Source: Candidatus Obscuribacteraceae bacterium
Lineage (GTDB): Bacteria; Cyanobacteriota; Vampirovibrionia; Obscuribacterales; Obscuribacteraceae
Direction: 5' to 3'
NCBI GenBank assembly: GCA_044229845.1
Contig: JBGASG010000012.1
Coordinates: 63,538-127,537 of the forward strand
Length of the DNA: 64,000 nt
Below, one piece after another: positions 1-8,855 of the stretch. Below the pieces are notes generated by a model that worked only from the letters and a program-made list of their open reading frames with translations, did not search any database and was not told the origin of the DNA. The first letter of the stretch is position 1; every line of letters begins with the position of its first letter. The position numbers and the translations under genes are program-made.

Positions 1-143
1 TTCCGGCGGGCTCCGTGGTGGTCTCCGGCAACCTGCCCTCGGAAGACGGCAAATACAGCTTGTATTGCGCCGTTATCGTCAAGCAAGTAGACGAGAAAAC
101 ACGCGGCAAGGTGAGCTTGAACGAGCTGCTGCGCGATATATGA
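1..143 (+). CDS. dapD: Tetrahydrodipicolinate N-succinyltransferase, 3' end only (gene starts before the window)
   Basis: Frame from position 3 reads [46 protein letters not shown], the recognisable C-terminus of proteobacterial-type DapD. Its TGA (141-143) overlaps the dapE ATG. Not in the supplied ORF track. Confidence 0.9.
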   Translation, partial: PAGSVVVSGNLPSEDGKYSLYCAVIVKQVDEKTRGKVSLNELLRDI

Positions 144-1300
144 GTTCCACGCCTTCTACGACTTCCACAACCTCCTCGCCGACCGCTCGGCTGGCAGTAG
201 CGCTGATTGAGAAACAGTCGGTGACGCCGGAAGATGCCGGCTGCCAGTCCTTGATTGCCGAGCGTTTGCAGCAGGTCGGGTTTCGCATCGAGCACATAGA
301 CCTCGCCGATACGAAAAACCTGTGGGCAACGCACGGCGAGGGTGCACCGCTGATGGTGCTGGTCGGGCACACCGATGTGGTGCCTACCGGTCCCACCAAT
401 CTCTGGGGAACGCCGCCATTCGAGCCGACTGTGCGCGACGGCGTCCTCTACGGACGTGGCGCCGCCGACATGAAGGGCGCACTGGCTGCGCTCGTGGTGG
501 CGGCAGAGGAGTTCGCGAAGAAACATGAGAAACATCGCGGCACACTGGCCTTCTTGATCACCAGCGACGAAGAGGCAACCGGCGAAAACGGAACCAAGCC
601 CGTCGTGGAAAAACTGGCAGCCCGCGGGGATAAAATAGATTACTGCCTGGTTGGGGAACCCTCCTCGGTCGCCACCGTCGGTGATACCGTCAAAGTTGGA
701 CGGCGCGGCTCCATCACCGGCAAGCTGATCGTCAAAGGAGTACAGGGGCACGTAGCTTATCCAGATAAAGCGCGCAACCCAATCCACCTCTTTGCGCCGG
801 CCCTGGCGGCGTTATGCGCCGCTCAGTGGGATCAGGGCAACGAATTTTTTCCGCCCACATCGTTTCAGGTCTCCAATGTAAATTCAGGGACAGGCGCAGA
901 CAACGTTATACCGGCGCATCTGGAAGCGTTGATCAACTTTCGTTTCTCCCCGGAAGTCACCCATGAACAATTGCAGCGGCGCGTCGCAGAGATTCTCGAT
1001 CAGCACAAACTGGACTATGAATTGACATGGCGTCTATCGGGAGAGCCTTTCCTCACTCGTGCCGGTGAGCTGGTCGCCGCAGTCAAAGCCGCCGTGGAAG
1101 AACATCTCGGCGTGACACCCGAATTGTCCACATCCGGCGGCACATCCGATGGACGATTCGTCGCCAAGGTCGGCGCCCAGGTAGTGGAGCTGGGACCGAT
1201 CAACGCCACCATCCATAAAGTCAACGAACACGTGCGCCTAGCGGACCTGGACGCACTGACGCGCGCGTATGAAAGCATCTTCGAACGCATGCTGGGATGA
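140..1300 (+). CDS. dapE: Succinyl-diaminopimelate desuccinylase (M20A)
   Basis: [45 protein letters not shown] and TIHKVNE motifs. Start moved to ATG 140 (ATGA overlap with dapD). Confidence 0.95.
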   Translation: MSSTPSTTSTTSSPTARLAVALIEKQSVTPEDAGCQSLIAERLQQVGFRIEHIDLADTKNLWATHGEGAPLMVLVGHTDVVPTGPTNLWGTPPFEPTVRDGVLYGRGAADMKGALAALVVAAEEFAKKHEKHRGTLAFLITSDEEATGENGTKPVVEKLAARGDKIDYCLVGEPSSVATVGDTVKVGRRGSITGKLIVKGVQGHVAYPDKARNPIHLFAPALAALCAAQWDQGNEFFPPTSFQVSNVNSGTGADNVIPAHLEALINFRFSPEVTHEQLQRRVAEILDQHKLDYELTWRLSGEPFLTRAGELVAAVKAAVEEHLGVTPELSTSGGTSDGRFVAKVGAQVVELGPINATIHKVNEHVRLADLDALTRAYESIFERMLG

Positions 1301-1406
1301 TATCGACTATCAGTCAGGAATGTGGATTGAGACCACTGGGCAGATACACCCCTCGTGTGGACAATAGATCTGGGAAGGCAGCGTCAGACGACAGGTGAAC
1401 CCGCAT

Positions 1407-2243
1407 ATGACAGAAGTCGAAACGAAACGCGTCATAGGCGGGCTGCCGGCTCTCACCAACGAGCTGATTCGCCGATTTGAGGTGATTGACGCCTTGCACG
1501 CGCAGCAGCGAATGGAAGGCATACGCGCTCAAAAGAACAATCCGTTCGGCATCGAGATCGGGAAATTCGGGCGAGCAATTGCATTAAAAGCCTCCGAGTT
1601 GCCCAGTCACTTCTTCAACCACGTGGTCGGACTGGGCGTTCCAGAACAAGACTTGATCGGCGATCTTTTGCAGTTTTACGGCACAACGCCATTTGCCATC
1701 GAGCTTCTTCCCAACGATATCAATGAAAGTCTGGCGGACAAGCTGACTGCGCATGGATTTCGCCACACGCAGTTTCACGCGGGATTGTTCGGCAGCGCCG
1801 AGAGTGACGACATCGATGACTTTGTCGAGATAGAAAAAGTTGAAAACCCAGAGCAATTCAGCGATTTCCTTGATACCAACTTTCACGGGTACGAGATTCC
1901 CGTTTCGATCAAAGAGCAGGCGCTGAGCAACATGCAGCACTGGATAGAGATTCCAAACTGGCACCTCTATCTCGCTCGGGTCGAAGACGAGCCAGCCGCC
2001 TCCGCCATATTGCAAGTCGGCGGCGATCTCGGATACCTGGCTTCGGCAGCCACTTTGCCTGGGTTCCGCAAACGTGGATTGCAGACAGCATTGATCAGGC
2101 GGCGGATCGCCGAAGCTGAGAAACTTGGTTGCCGACTAGTTTGCAGCCAGGCCCAATTCGGGTCGTCCAGCTTCCACAATTTGGAAACAGCCGGTCTGCG
2201 CCTGGCTTACCTGAAGGCTATCTGGACCCGGCAGTCTGTATGA
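1407..2243 (+). CDS. GNAT family N-acetyltransferase
   Basis: C-terminal acetyl-CoA motif ATLPGFRKRGLQTALI and SFHNLETAGL. Start ATG 1407 or GTG 1395. Confidence 0.85.
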   Translation: MTEVETKRVIGGLPALTNELIRRFEVIDALHAQQRMEGIRAQKNNPFGIEIGKFGRAIALKASELPSHFFNHVVGLGVPEQDLIGDLLQFYGTTPFAIELLPNDINESLADKLTAHGFRHTQFHAGLFGSAESDDIDDFVEIEKVENPEQFSDFLDTNFHGYEIPVSIKEQALSNMQHWIEIPNWHLYLARVEDEPAASAILQVGGDLGYLASAATLPGFRKRGLQTALIRRRIAEAEKLGCRLVCSQAQFGSSSFHNLETAGLRLAYLKAIWTRQSV

Positions 2244-2293
2244 TCCACGTGTGTTGGTGCTGGGGTGGTGTCATGCACGCAGCCTATGATACA

Positions 2294-2400
2294 TAATGCA
2301 ATCTTATCGGTCTGAACGCGCGTAGCGCGCGTTAATCCGCGACAAGCGGATTATGCCCAGGCGACCTCGCCTGGGTTCACCTAATGCAATGCTATCGGTC
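2294..2400. repeat. 19-bp imperfect direct repeat (88-bp period) enclosing three adjacent hairpins
   Basis: taatgcaatcttatcggtc (2294-2312) vs taatgcaatgctatcggtc (2382-2400). Hairpins: aacgcgcg/cgcgcgtt (2315-2333), taatccgc/gcggatta (2333-2353), cccaggcg/cgcctggg (2356-2375). Confidence 0.85.
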
Positions 2401-2985
2401 ATCCGAATGGGATTTAGCCGATCCACTCTCCAGTGGATGTGCCTTTCTGAAATCATTAACAAGCCTAGAACCAGCAGGCAGAATTTCTGTGTCTAGTCTT
2501 CCCATCTGCTTCCACCCCAAGAGCGTACTTAGCTCGCCTCTGTTTGACATGGCTTCATTCGCCACGTAATCCCAATTCGCTTTCATCTTGTCTTCGGACA
2601 CATTAGCAAATTCGTTTCGGCTATCTACGAATGTAGTGTAATCATGGACGCTTGATTTGTATCGAAGGTAGGTTTTCTTAACGACTAATAAATCAGGTCG
2701 CGGGCATGGTGGGATCAGTTGATCTTTCTTTCTGTGTGCATTAGTTACCTTGAGTGCGTTGTCGATTTCAGCTGTTCGTTGTTTCACAAAGTTGTTCAAA
2801 AATTCCAGTTCGTCTTGGGACAATTGCTTATCAACATCTTCGGGTGACAGCCTTTTTTGGGGACGTATGGATTGTCTCAACTTGGAGTCACGCTGATCGA
2901 GCGGAAGAGTTTGCGCCCCGGACTGCTGCATCAGGAGCCCGGCAACGGCTACGACCACGCCAACCTGGAAATAGTCAAATTTCAT
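2392..2985 (-). CDS. Hypothetical secreted protein
   Basis: 197 aa ORF with a signal-peptide-like N-terminus (MKFDYFQVGVVVAVAGLLMQQSGA), visibly more AT-rich than neighbours. Stop codon lies inside the second direct repeat. Confidence 0.6.
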   Translation of the reverse strand: MKFDYFQVGVVVAVAGLLMQQSGAQTLPLDQRDSKLRQSIRPQKRLSPEDVDKQLSQDELEFLNNFVKQRTAEIDNALKVTNAHRKKDQLIPPCPRPDLLVVKKTYLRYKSSVHDYTTFVDSRNEFANVSEDKMKANWDYVANEAMSNRGELSTLLGWKQMGRLDTEILPAGSRLVNDFRKAHPLESGSAKSHSDDR

Positions 2986-3200
2986 AAGAAGGAACCCTAC
3001 AACCTGCTAGGAATATGCTACCAAGCCCCGGGTTGAACTGGACTGGTATTTTCCCCGGATTCTGCTGGATGCGCACTGGCAAATGAGGCGTAGCACAATA
3101 CTATTTGGGAACTCTTCTTTTAGGTAAAACACTGCGGAAAAGAACCAATATAGGCAGTGTTTTTAGTGTCAAATGAACCAATCCCTCTCACGGGGCGCAG

Positions 3201-5312
3201 TCAGCGGCGTTCCAGCCGGCTTTGCGCCGCGTGCGTCAGAGCTTCCAGTGAGAAACCATCGGCAGGATACTTGCCCACCGCTGTGCGCACAGTCACCGAA
3301 AAGCGCATGCCGTTCTCGGCGGTGAATTGCACTTGCTCGACCTCGCGCGCCCAACGGCTGATGGCACGCTCGACGGCGCGGCCGTCTTCGTTCACGATCG
3401 CAAGACAGAATCCGCCCGGCCAGACGCCGCGCAATGACTCCGAGGGAAATCGAGAATGCAGCAATTTCCCCACGGTGGAAAAGACATTGATCTTCGAAAA
3501 CATGCCGTAGTCTACGCCCGGTGCTTGATCGACTTGCACCAGCCCTAGTGTCATCTCCTGGCTGGAGCGGCCGCAATTGATCAGCAAGTCGGACACCTTG
3601 GCCATGAAAGCCCGCTCCCGTAAAAGCCCAGTCAGCTCATCGTCGGCTCCTTGAGCCTTGTCTTGTTGCGCACGCTTGATCTGCATGTTGACGCGACCGA
3701 CAAGTTCTTCCGGAATAATCGGCTTGGATAGAAAGTCATTGGCTCCGGCCTGAAAAGCCGCCGCGCGCCCCTGGGCATCAGCCTTGGAAGTGAGGAAGAT
3801 GATCGGCAGTTGAGACCATTTTTCCGTCGCGCGCACGATGCGGCAGATATCATATCCGCTCAATCCCGGCATGATCACATCGAGCAAGAGCACGTCTGGC
3901 TGCACCTTCTCGAGGGTGTCGAGGATGTTGATCGGTTCGTGCAAGACAGAAACATTGATCGATTGAGAGGTGAGAATTCTCTCCATCAACTTGGTCAGAA
4001 CCTTGTCGTCATCGACCGCAAGTACAGTCGGCGGCTTGACCGGAGCCAGCGAAGCCAGCTTGGTGAGGCAGGCTTCGAACTGACGCGGATCGCATGGTGC
4101 CGGCATAGCGACTGAGGCGCCGGCGAAAATGCGATCGACATCGTCGAGCCGATAGCCTCGCGAGTGCAGAAACGCCAGCGGCAAAGTGGCATTCAATCCC
4201 GATACTCGCAGCTCTTTCGCCAGGCTGATCGCCACGTCCACACCGATTGCAGTGGTATCAATAATGGCGGCATCAAATCGGCTGGAGGCACCTTCTACGG
4301 CAGCCTGCACCGCGTTATCCGTGAAAATTACTTTGGCGTCAACGCCCGGCGTGTAGGGCTCCGGTGACACTTGCAACGTTTGCTGGCTGCCGACCAGAAG
4401 AACTCGTCCGGCCTGCAATCTTTTCTCCGCTGCCGGCGGCTCCTGCGCTTCCATAACTGCGCGCAGCTCAGCCTCGCCGTCGGCAAGTGACCTGAAAATT
4501 TCCAACCACAAAATGTTCTGAGCCAGCGGGTCGTTGGGATCGAGAAGCTTCACGTAACCCTCGATTTTGGCTGCCGCATTGCTGAATGCAGTTAGACCCA
4601 GCGATGCCGCAGCACCGCGCAATGCATGCGAAATAAACAATGCTTGATCGCGCGCCTCGCGGCTTGCACCACCGGAATTTTGCAGAGAGCGCAATTCCCG
4701 AGCCAGATTTTGCCAGTGCGAAGGCAGGTTGGCCGCCAGTTCCCGCTGGGCATCGCGCACCGAATTTTCGGCGAACTGCTGCTGACTGATCTCTTGCTGA
4801 TGTTGCTCGTAATGCGGATCGGAGAAGCTCTCTTCCGAACGCACCCGCTCGGCACGAAAGCTCGGCATATTGGCGACGGCAGATTGCGCTCGCGGCCGCT
4901 CCATCGACATTGGTTGATAACGAGACATGCGATCGCCGACTTGTCGTGCCGGTAACAGTGAACCAATTTGATCCAGAAACAGATTGGGATCGACGGGCTT
5001 CTGCAAAATCAGCGAGACGTTGAGGATATTGCGCAGATACTTGAAAGTCTCCGGGTCGCAAGCCTGGGCGCTGATAAAGACGACCGGTGTATTGTTTCCC
5101 ATTTCACGCAAACGTTGAATGAAAGAGATACCGTTCGCATCCGGCAACTTGAAATCGACTACTGCCAGAGCCAGTTCTCTCTGACCGGCAGTGCGAAGTC
5201 CCTCGGAGGCAGTACGCGCTTCCTCGACACCAAACCCGGTGCAGGACAGTATGCGCTGCATCAACTGAATGAAGTTGTCGTCGTCATCTAGAACTAGGAT
5301 CGATTTGGACAC
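3201..5312 (-). CDS. Multidomain response regulator: REC - Hpt - degenerate REC - REC - degenerate GGDEF
   Basis: REC1 (LVLDDD..VVDFKLPD..QKP), Hpt (SHALRGAAASLG), last REC (AVDDD..LLDVIMP..SKP), then DELTGL start of a GGDEF fold with the active site replaced by WPGGF. Confidence 0.88.
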   Translation of the reverse strand: MSKSILVLDDDDNFIQLMQRILSCTGFGVEEARTASEGLRTAGQRELALAVVDFKLPDANGISFIQRLREMGNNTPVVFISAQACDPETFKYLRNILNVSLILQKPVDPNLFLDQIGSLLPARQVGDRMSRYQPMSMERPRAQSAVANMPSFRAERVRSEESFSDPHYEQHQQEISQQQFAENSVRDAQRELAANLPSHWQNLARELRSLQNSGGASREARDQALFISHALRGAAASLGLTAFSNAAAKIEGYVKLLDPNDPLAQNILWLEIFRSLADGEAELRAVMEAQEPPAAEKRLQAGRVLLVGSQQTLQVSPEPYTPGVDAKVIFTDNAVQAAVEGASSRFDAAIIDTTAIGVDVAISLAKELRVSGLNATLPLAFLHSRGYRLDDVDRIFAGASVAMPAPCDPRQFEACLTKLASLAPVKPPTVLAVDDDKVLTKLMERILTSQSINVSVLHEPINILDTLEKVQPDVLLLDVIMPGLSGYDICRIVRATEKWSQLPIIFLTSKADAQGRAAAFQAGANDFLSKPIIPEELVGRVNMQIKRAQQDKAQGADDELTGLLRERAFMAKVSDLLINCGRSSQEMTLGLVQVDQAPGVDYGMFSKINVFSTVGKLLHSRFPSESLRGVWPGGFCLAIVNEDGRAVERAISRWAREVEQVQFTAENGMRFSVTVRTAVGKYPADGFSLEALTHAAQSRLERR

Positions 5313-5552
5313 GAGTGACTGAAAAAGTTGACAATTAACGGCAATTTCCTAATGCCACTTTAGGCGTGGAACGCTTATTTGGCAAGGGTTCCAGGAGTTG
5401 TCAGTTGCATTTTCTTTTCGCTCGTTGTACTATTCGCTATCGTATTTCAAATCAAAAGCAAAGACAAGAGGGATCGGAGTCGCCACGGGCGGTGCTTGAT
5501 GCCACCATCGGTGAGTTCTCTGATCTCTCTTGCCTGCTTTCGGTGTGCTTCT

Positions 5553-6422
5553 TCAGCGCACCTTCGACTTCCGCTTCGTCGACTTCGGCTTCACGCCTCG
5601 ATCTCGAACGCCGTACTCCACTGGCGCCAGTCGCGCTTCGTGGCGTGCCACCAGACGCATCTGGCGCAAGCGCTCGTTCATCGTGGCGATCATCGTCTGG
5701 TCGTACGCCCTGTCGTATCCGCTGCCGGCAGCCATCAGGCGCCGTTCGGACAGCTGCGTCCGCAGCGCGTGATACGCCTCTTCCACGGACATCGCCGAAT
5801 CGAGCCAGATCTCACCTTCCGGGACGAAAGGCAGATCGTAGTCGTGCGTGCCGAAGCAGAAGTCGGGATAGAGATCCCGCCTCACCTTCGGACCGTCGAC
5901 GATCCAGACGTCCAGACCTTGCCGGCGCCCGAAATATTGGCGGTAGACACCGACCAGGCTGACGGGCTCGACACGATGCTTGCGCCGCGTGCCGGCTCTG
6001 ATCACGGTCTCGTGCTTGCGCAATTGCGCTTCGCGCTTCTCAGCGCGGCGCCGGTCGCGCTCTCGCAAGAGCTTTTCGAGCTTCAGACCTTCCCCGTGCG
6101 CCCGGTCGTAAGACCAGCCGCGTTCGCGCATGAGCTTGCGCTCGATCAGCTCATGCTCCAGGGTGTAGAGGTATTCTTCGATACCCAGACGGTTGTCGAT
6201 CCAGATATCGTCCGGCGGGTTGTAGCGGTACCGCTGGTCGTTGCCACCCATGATGAAATCAGGGAACAACGTACGGGCCACCTTCTCGCCGTCGACAATC
6301 CAGATTTTCTGGCCTTGCCGCGTGCCGGTTTGCATGCGGTAGATGCCGGTTAGTTTGACCCGACCATGCCGCTTGTAAACCAAGCCGCACTGCGGGTGCT
6401 CTTTGCAGGAGTTGTTCTGCAT
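5553..6422 (-). CDS. Hypothetical protein with a tandem duplicated domain; first copy has HELxE..AH
   Basis: IWIVDGEKVARTLFPDF..DIWID..HELIERKLM..GWSYDRAH vs VWIVDGPKVRRDLYPDF..EIWLD..TQLSERRLM..GSGYDRAY. gaggataag RBS-like sequence upstream. Confidence 0.8.
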   Translation of the reverse strand: MQNNSCKEHPQCGLVYKRHGRVKLTGIYRMQTGTRQGQKIWIVDGEKVARTLFPDFIMGGNDQRYRYNPPDDIWIDNRLGIEEYLYTLEHELIERKLMRERGWSYDRAHGEGLKLEKLLRERDRRRAEKREAQLRKHETVIRAGTRRKHRVEPVSLVGVYRQYFGRRQGLDVWIVDGPKVRRDLYPDFCFGTHDYDLPFVPEGEIWLDSAMSVEEAYHALRTQLSERRLMAAGSGYDRAYDQTMIATMNERLRQMRLVARHEARLAPVEYGVRDRGVKPKSTKRKSKVR

Positions 6423-6522
6423 GTTCTTATCCTCAGCCTTCAGGTGAGGCCACTCCGGCGCAGTTTCTCAATCGAGACCGCACCGCCGAGAAGGCTTTAC
6501 CGAAAGGCTTACGAAGCTTGGT

Positions 6523-7848
6523 TTAGTTCTTGATTCGACCGTAAGTGCGCATCAGCTCGACGACACGATCGAGCGGCATCGCAGTCGACGTGTTTCCATC
6601 ACGTCCAACCACAGTGTCAGCCATGCAGAGCGCATTGATGATGGCTTCCTCGGTGGCATCAGCCGTCGCCGCGTAGAGCGGATCGATGGCGTTGTCACTG
6701 AGTTCGGGCAACGACAGGACGGTGTCTTCGGAGGCGCGAGGAATCTTGCGCCCGGTGGAGAAACCGACAATGAAGTCGCCGCTGGAAGTGTTGGCTACCG
6801 ACCCGGTGCGGGCCAGCCCCATGGCAGCGCGCTTGCACAGGCGTTCCACCTGGCGCGCGTTCAGCGGAGCATCGGTTGCCACCACGATCACAATCGAGCC
6901 TTCGCGATGAACCGTAGCCATGTCTTGCTCGAGATGGACGCCGACGGGAACGCCGTCGATGCGCATCTGGTCGCGGTCGCCATGGTTGCAGTTGACCAGA
7001 ACGCCGACGGTGTAGCCACCGTCGTCTTCGGAAAGCACGCGCGAAGACGTGCCGATGCCGCCCTTCCAGTCGTAGCAGGACATGCCTGTCCCGGCCCCGA
7101 CCGCGCCTTCGGCGACGGCACCGCTGGCGGCACCATCGAGAGCAGCGAAGACGTGCTCTTGTTTGACGTGGAAGCCCTGTGCATCGTTGAGCGCGCTGTC
7201 ATCGCACTCGCCGACCACCGGCACGTAAGTCTCGTCGTCGACGCCGATGTCCGGATACTTGCTGATCATCCAGCGCACCATGGCTGATGCCACGTCGCCG
7301 ACCTGATGGGTGTTGGTGAGCGCGATCGGGCCTTCGATTCCTCCCGATTCACGAATCCAGTCGAGACCCAGCATGCCGCCGTTGCCGTTGACGACGAACG
7401 ATGCCGCCGTCACCTTGTCGCGCCAGATATCTCCGGAGTGCGGCATGATGACTGTGACACCGGTGCGGGCAGGACCTTCACCGCGAACGAGGTCGCCCTC
7501 GCCGTGGAAAACAGTCGTGTGCCCGACCTTGACGCCCGGGACGTCGGTGATGGCGTTGAATTTGCCGGGAGCCAGCGAGCCGATCTCAACGCCGAGGTCG
7601 CGTAAGCGCCGGCGGGTCGATTTGTCGGTCTCAACTGGCTGGTCTGCGTCAGCGCCTTGCGCATCGGCAGAAGTGAGAGTCATGGCGCGAACATCTCCGG
7701 CGAAACACCGGTTGATTTTAGCGCCACGGGTTTGTTTCCGGCTCGTCCACCAGGCCCAGATCAGGAACCCGATGTTGAAGGCGAGCGAGAGAAACAGGAG
7801 AATCGCAATGCCCAGAAGGCCGTTGCTGTGGCTGTGCATCTCAGTCAC
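6523..7848 (-). CDS. P1/S58 (DmpA-like) aminopeptidase with N-terminal membrane anchor
   Basis: NAITDVPGVKVGH, ARTGVT, LTNTH, VVGECDD, EGAVGAGTGM, KGGIGTSSR, autoprocessing G|SIV, ATDAPL, TEEAIINAL. Hydrophobic segment at about aa 11-34. Confidence 0.92.
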   Translation of the reverse strand: MTEMHSHSNGLLGIAILLFLSLAFNIGFLIWAWWTSRKQTRGAKINRCFAGDVRAMTLTSADAQGADADQPVETDKSTRRRLRDLGVEIGSLAPGKFNAITDVPGVKVGHTTVFHGEGDLVRGEGPARTGVTVIMPHSGDIWRDKVTAASFVVNGNGGMLGLDWIRESGGIEGPIALTNTHQVGDVASAMVRWMISKYPDIGVDDETYVPVVGECDDSALNDAQGFHVKQEHVFAALDGAASGAVAEGAVGAGTGMSCYDWKGGIGTSSRVLSEDDGGYTVGVLVNCNHGDRDQMRIDGVPVGVHLEQDMATVHREGSIVIVVATDAPLNARQVERLCKRAAMGLARTGSVANTSSGDFIVGFSTGRKIPRASEDTVLSLPELSDNAIDPLYAATADATEEAIINALCMADTVVGRDGNTSTAMPLDRVVELMRTYGRIKN

Positions 7849-8203
7849 TCCGTGTTATCGCAAGCCGCGCCATCGTGCAATGGGGGCTGTGCGTTGGTTA
7901 AAGGGGGTCATCCACCCGAACGGCATAAGCAGCCGTCAGTAAATCCCGAGAATTCGTGGCGAGTTGGCTTTTGAGAAAGCTCTGGTTTTTGTGTTGGGTG
8001 GGTGTAGAGAAAAAGTACCTGCACCCTAAAACAATCAGGATCTGGAACTCAAGAGAAAATCGGTCAAAAAGAGGCCACTAACAGAGCGAGGCCAATTACG
8101 AACACCGTCCCTGCCAGCCGGTTTCCAAGAGACCAATCGAGAAATTCAAGCGCCTGAGAAATTGGTAACCCCGGCAGCGCATGGCGCACCGCCGGTGGTT
8201 GCA

Positions 8204-8521
8204 TCAGGGTTTCTTTTCCGATCCGCCGGCTGCGCCGGTTTCTTTCCCGGCATTGACTGCCGGCTTGCCTTCGTAACCGCCGACCATGAAGTTGAGAAAA
8301 GCACCGCCGGTGACTGCACGCGGGGATGTTCCGCCCTTCGGCTTGGCGGTTGCCTTACCAGCCTCCTGCTCTTTGATTGTCGCGTGCCAGACCGGTTTTG
8401 ACGACTTGGTCTTGGCGCCCTTTACGGCCGACTGTTGGGACAGGGCCGGCTCAACACCCCAAGCAAAACCTGTGAGCGCCAGCGTGCAACTTGTAGCAGC
8501 AATCAGCAGTTTTCGTCTCAT
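8204..8521 (-). CDS. Small secreted Lys/Gly-rich hypothetical protein
   Basis: Signal peptide MRRKLLIAATSCTLALTGFAWG; 105 aa. Confidence 0.6.
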   Translation of the reverse strand: MRRKLLIAATSCTLALTGFAWGVEPALSQQSAVKGAKTKSSKPVWHATIKEQEAGKATAKPKGGTSPRAVTGGAFLNFMVGGYEGKPAVNAGKETGAAGGSEKKP

Positions 8522-8855
8522 CTCGATCCTGGTTCGTGCAGGGATGCATCCACCTCAAGTTACCACAACGGCAGCCGATGCTCGCTAGGAAAAACCCGGA
8601 CTGTTCCACCCGAGCAATCAGTGCCCCATGCCACTACCAGCGGTGCCAGCCCTGCAAGCGGCCAGACCTCCTCCGAAACCAAATACGGTGTCGCTCAACA
8701 CAAAAATTTGCGCAGCCTGAACCCGGGCATACATGACCATCACGCCTGACAACACCCAGCCTATCGAGCATTATCGGCTCCTCGTATGTTTTATTTGTTA
8801 TGTACCGGGTATTTATCTAGCGGAAGTTGGCTACCCTGCAGCGCCAGGTCGGGCT

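Noticed and set aside
5318..5340. aagttgacaa and similar half-sites (also about 19893) resembling the 52-bp motif
   Set aside because: Single half-sites without the N17 partner; equally explained as -35 boxes or chance.
7860..7960. Possible riboswitch upstream of the P1 peptidase (also hairpin-rich 19620-19830 and 42380-42780)
   Set aside because: Short stems exist, but I cannot match any known riboswitch consensus by eye; an Infernal/Rfam scan is needed.
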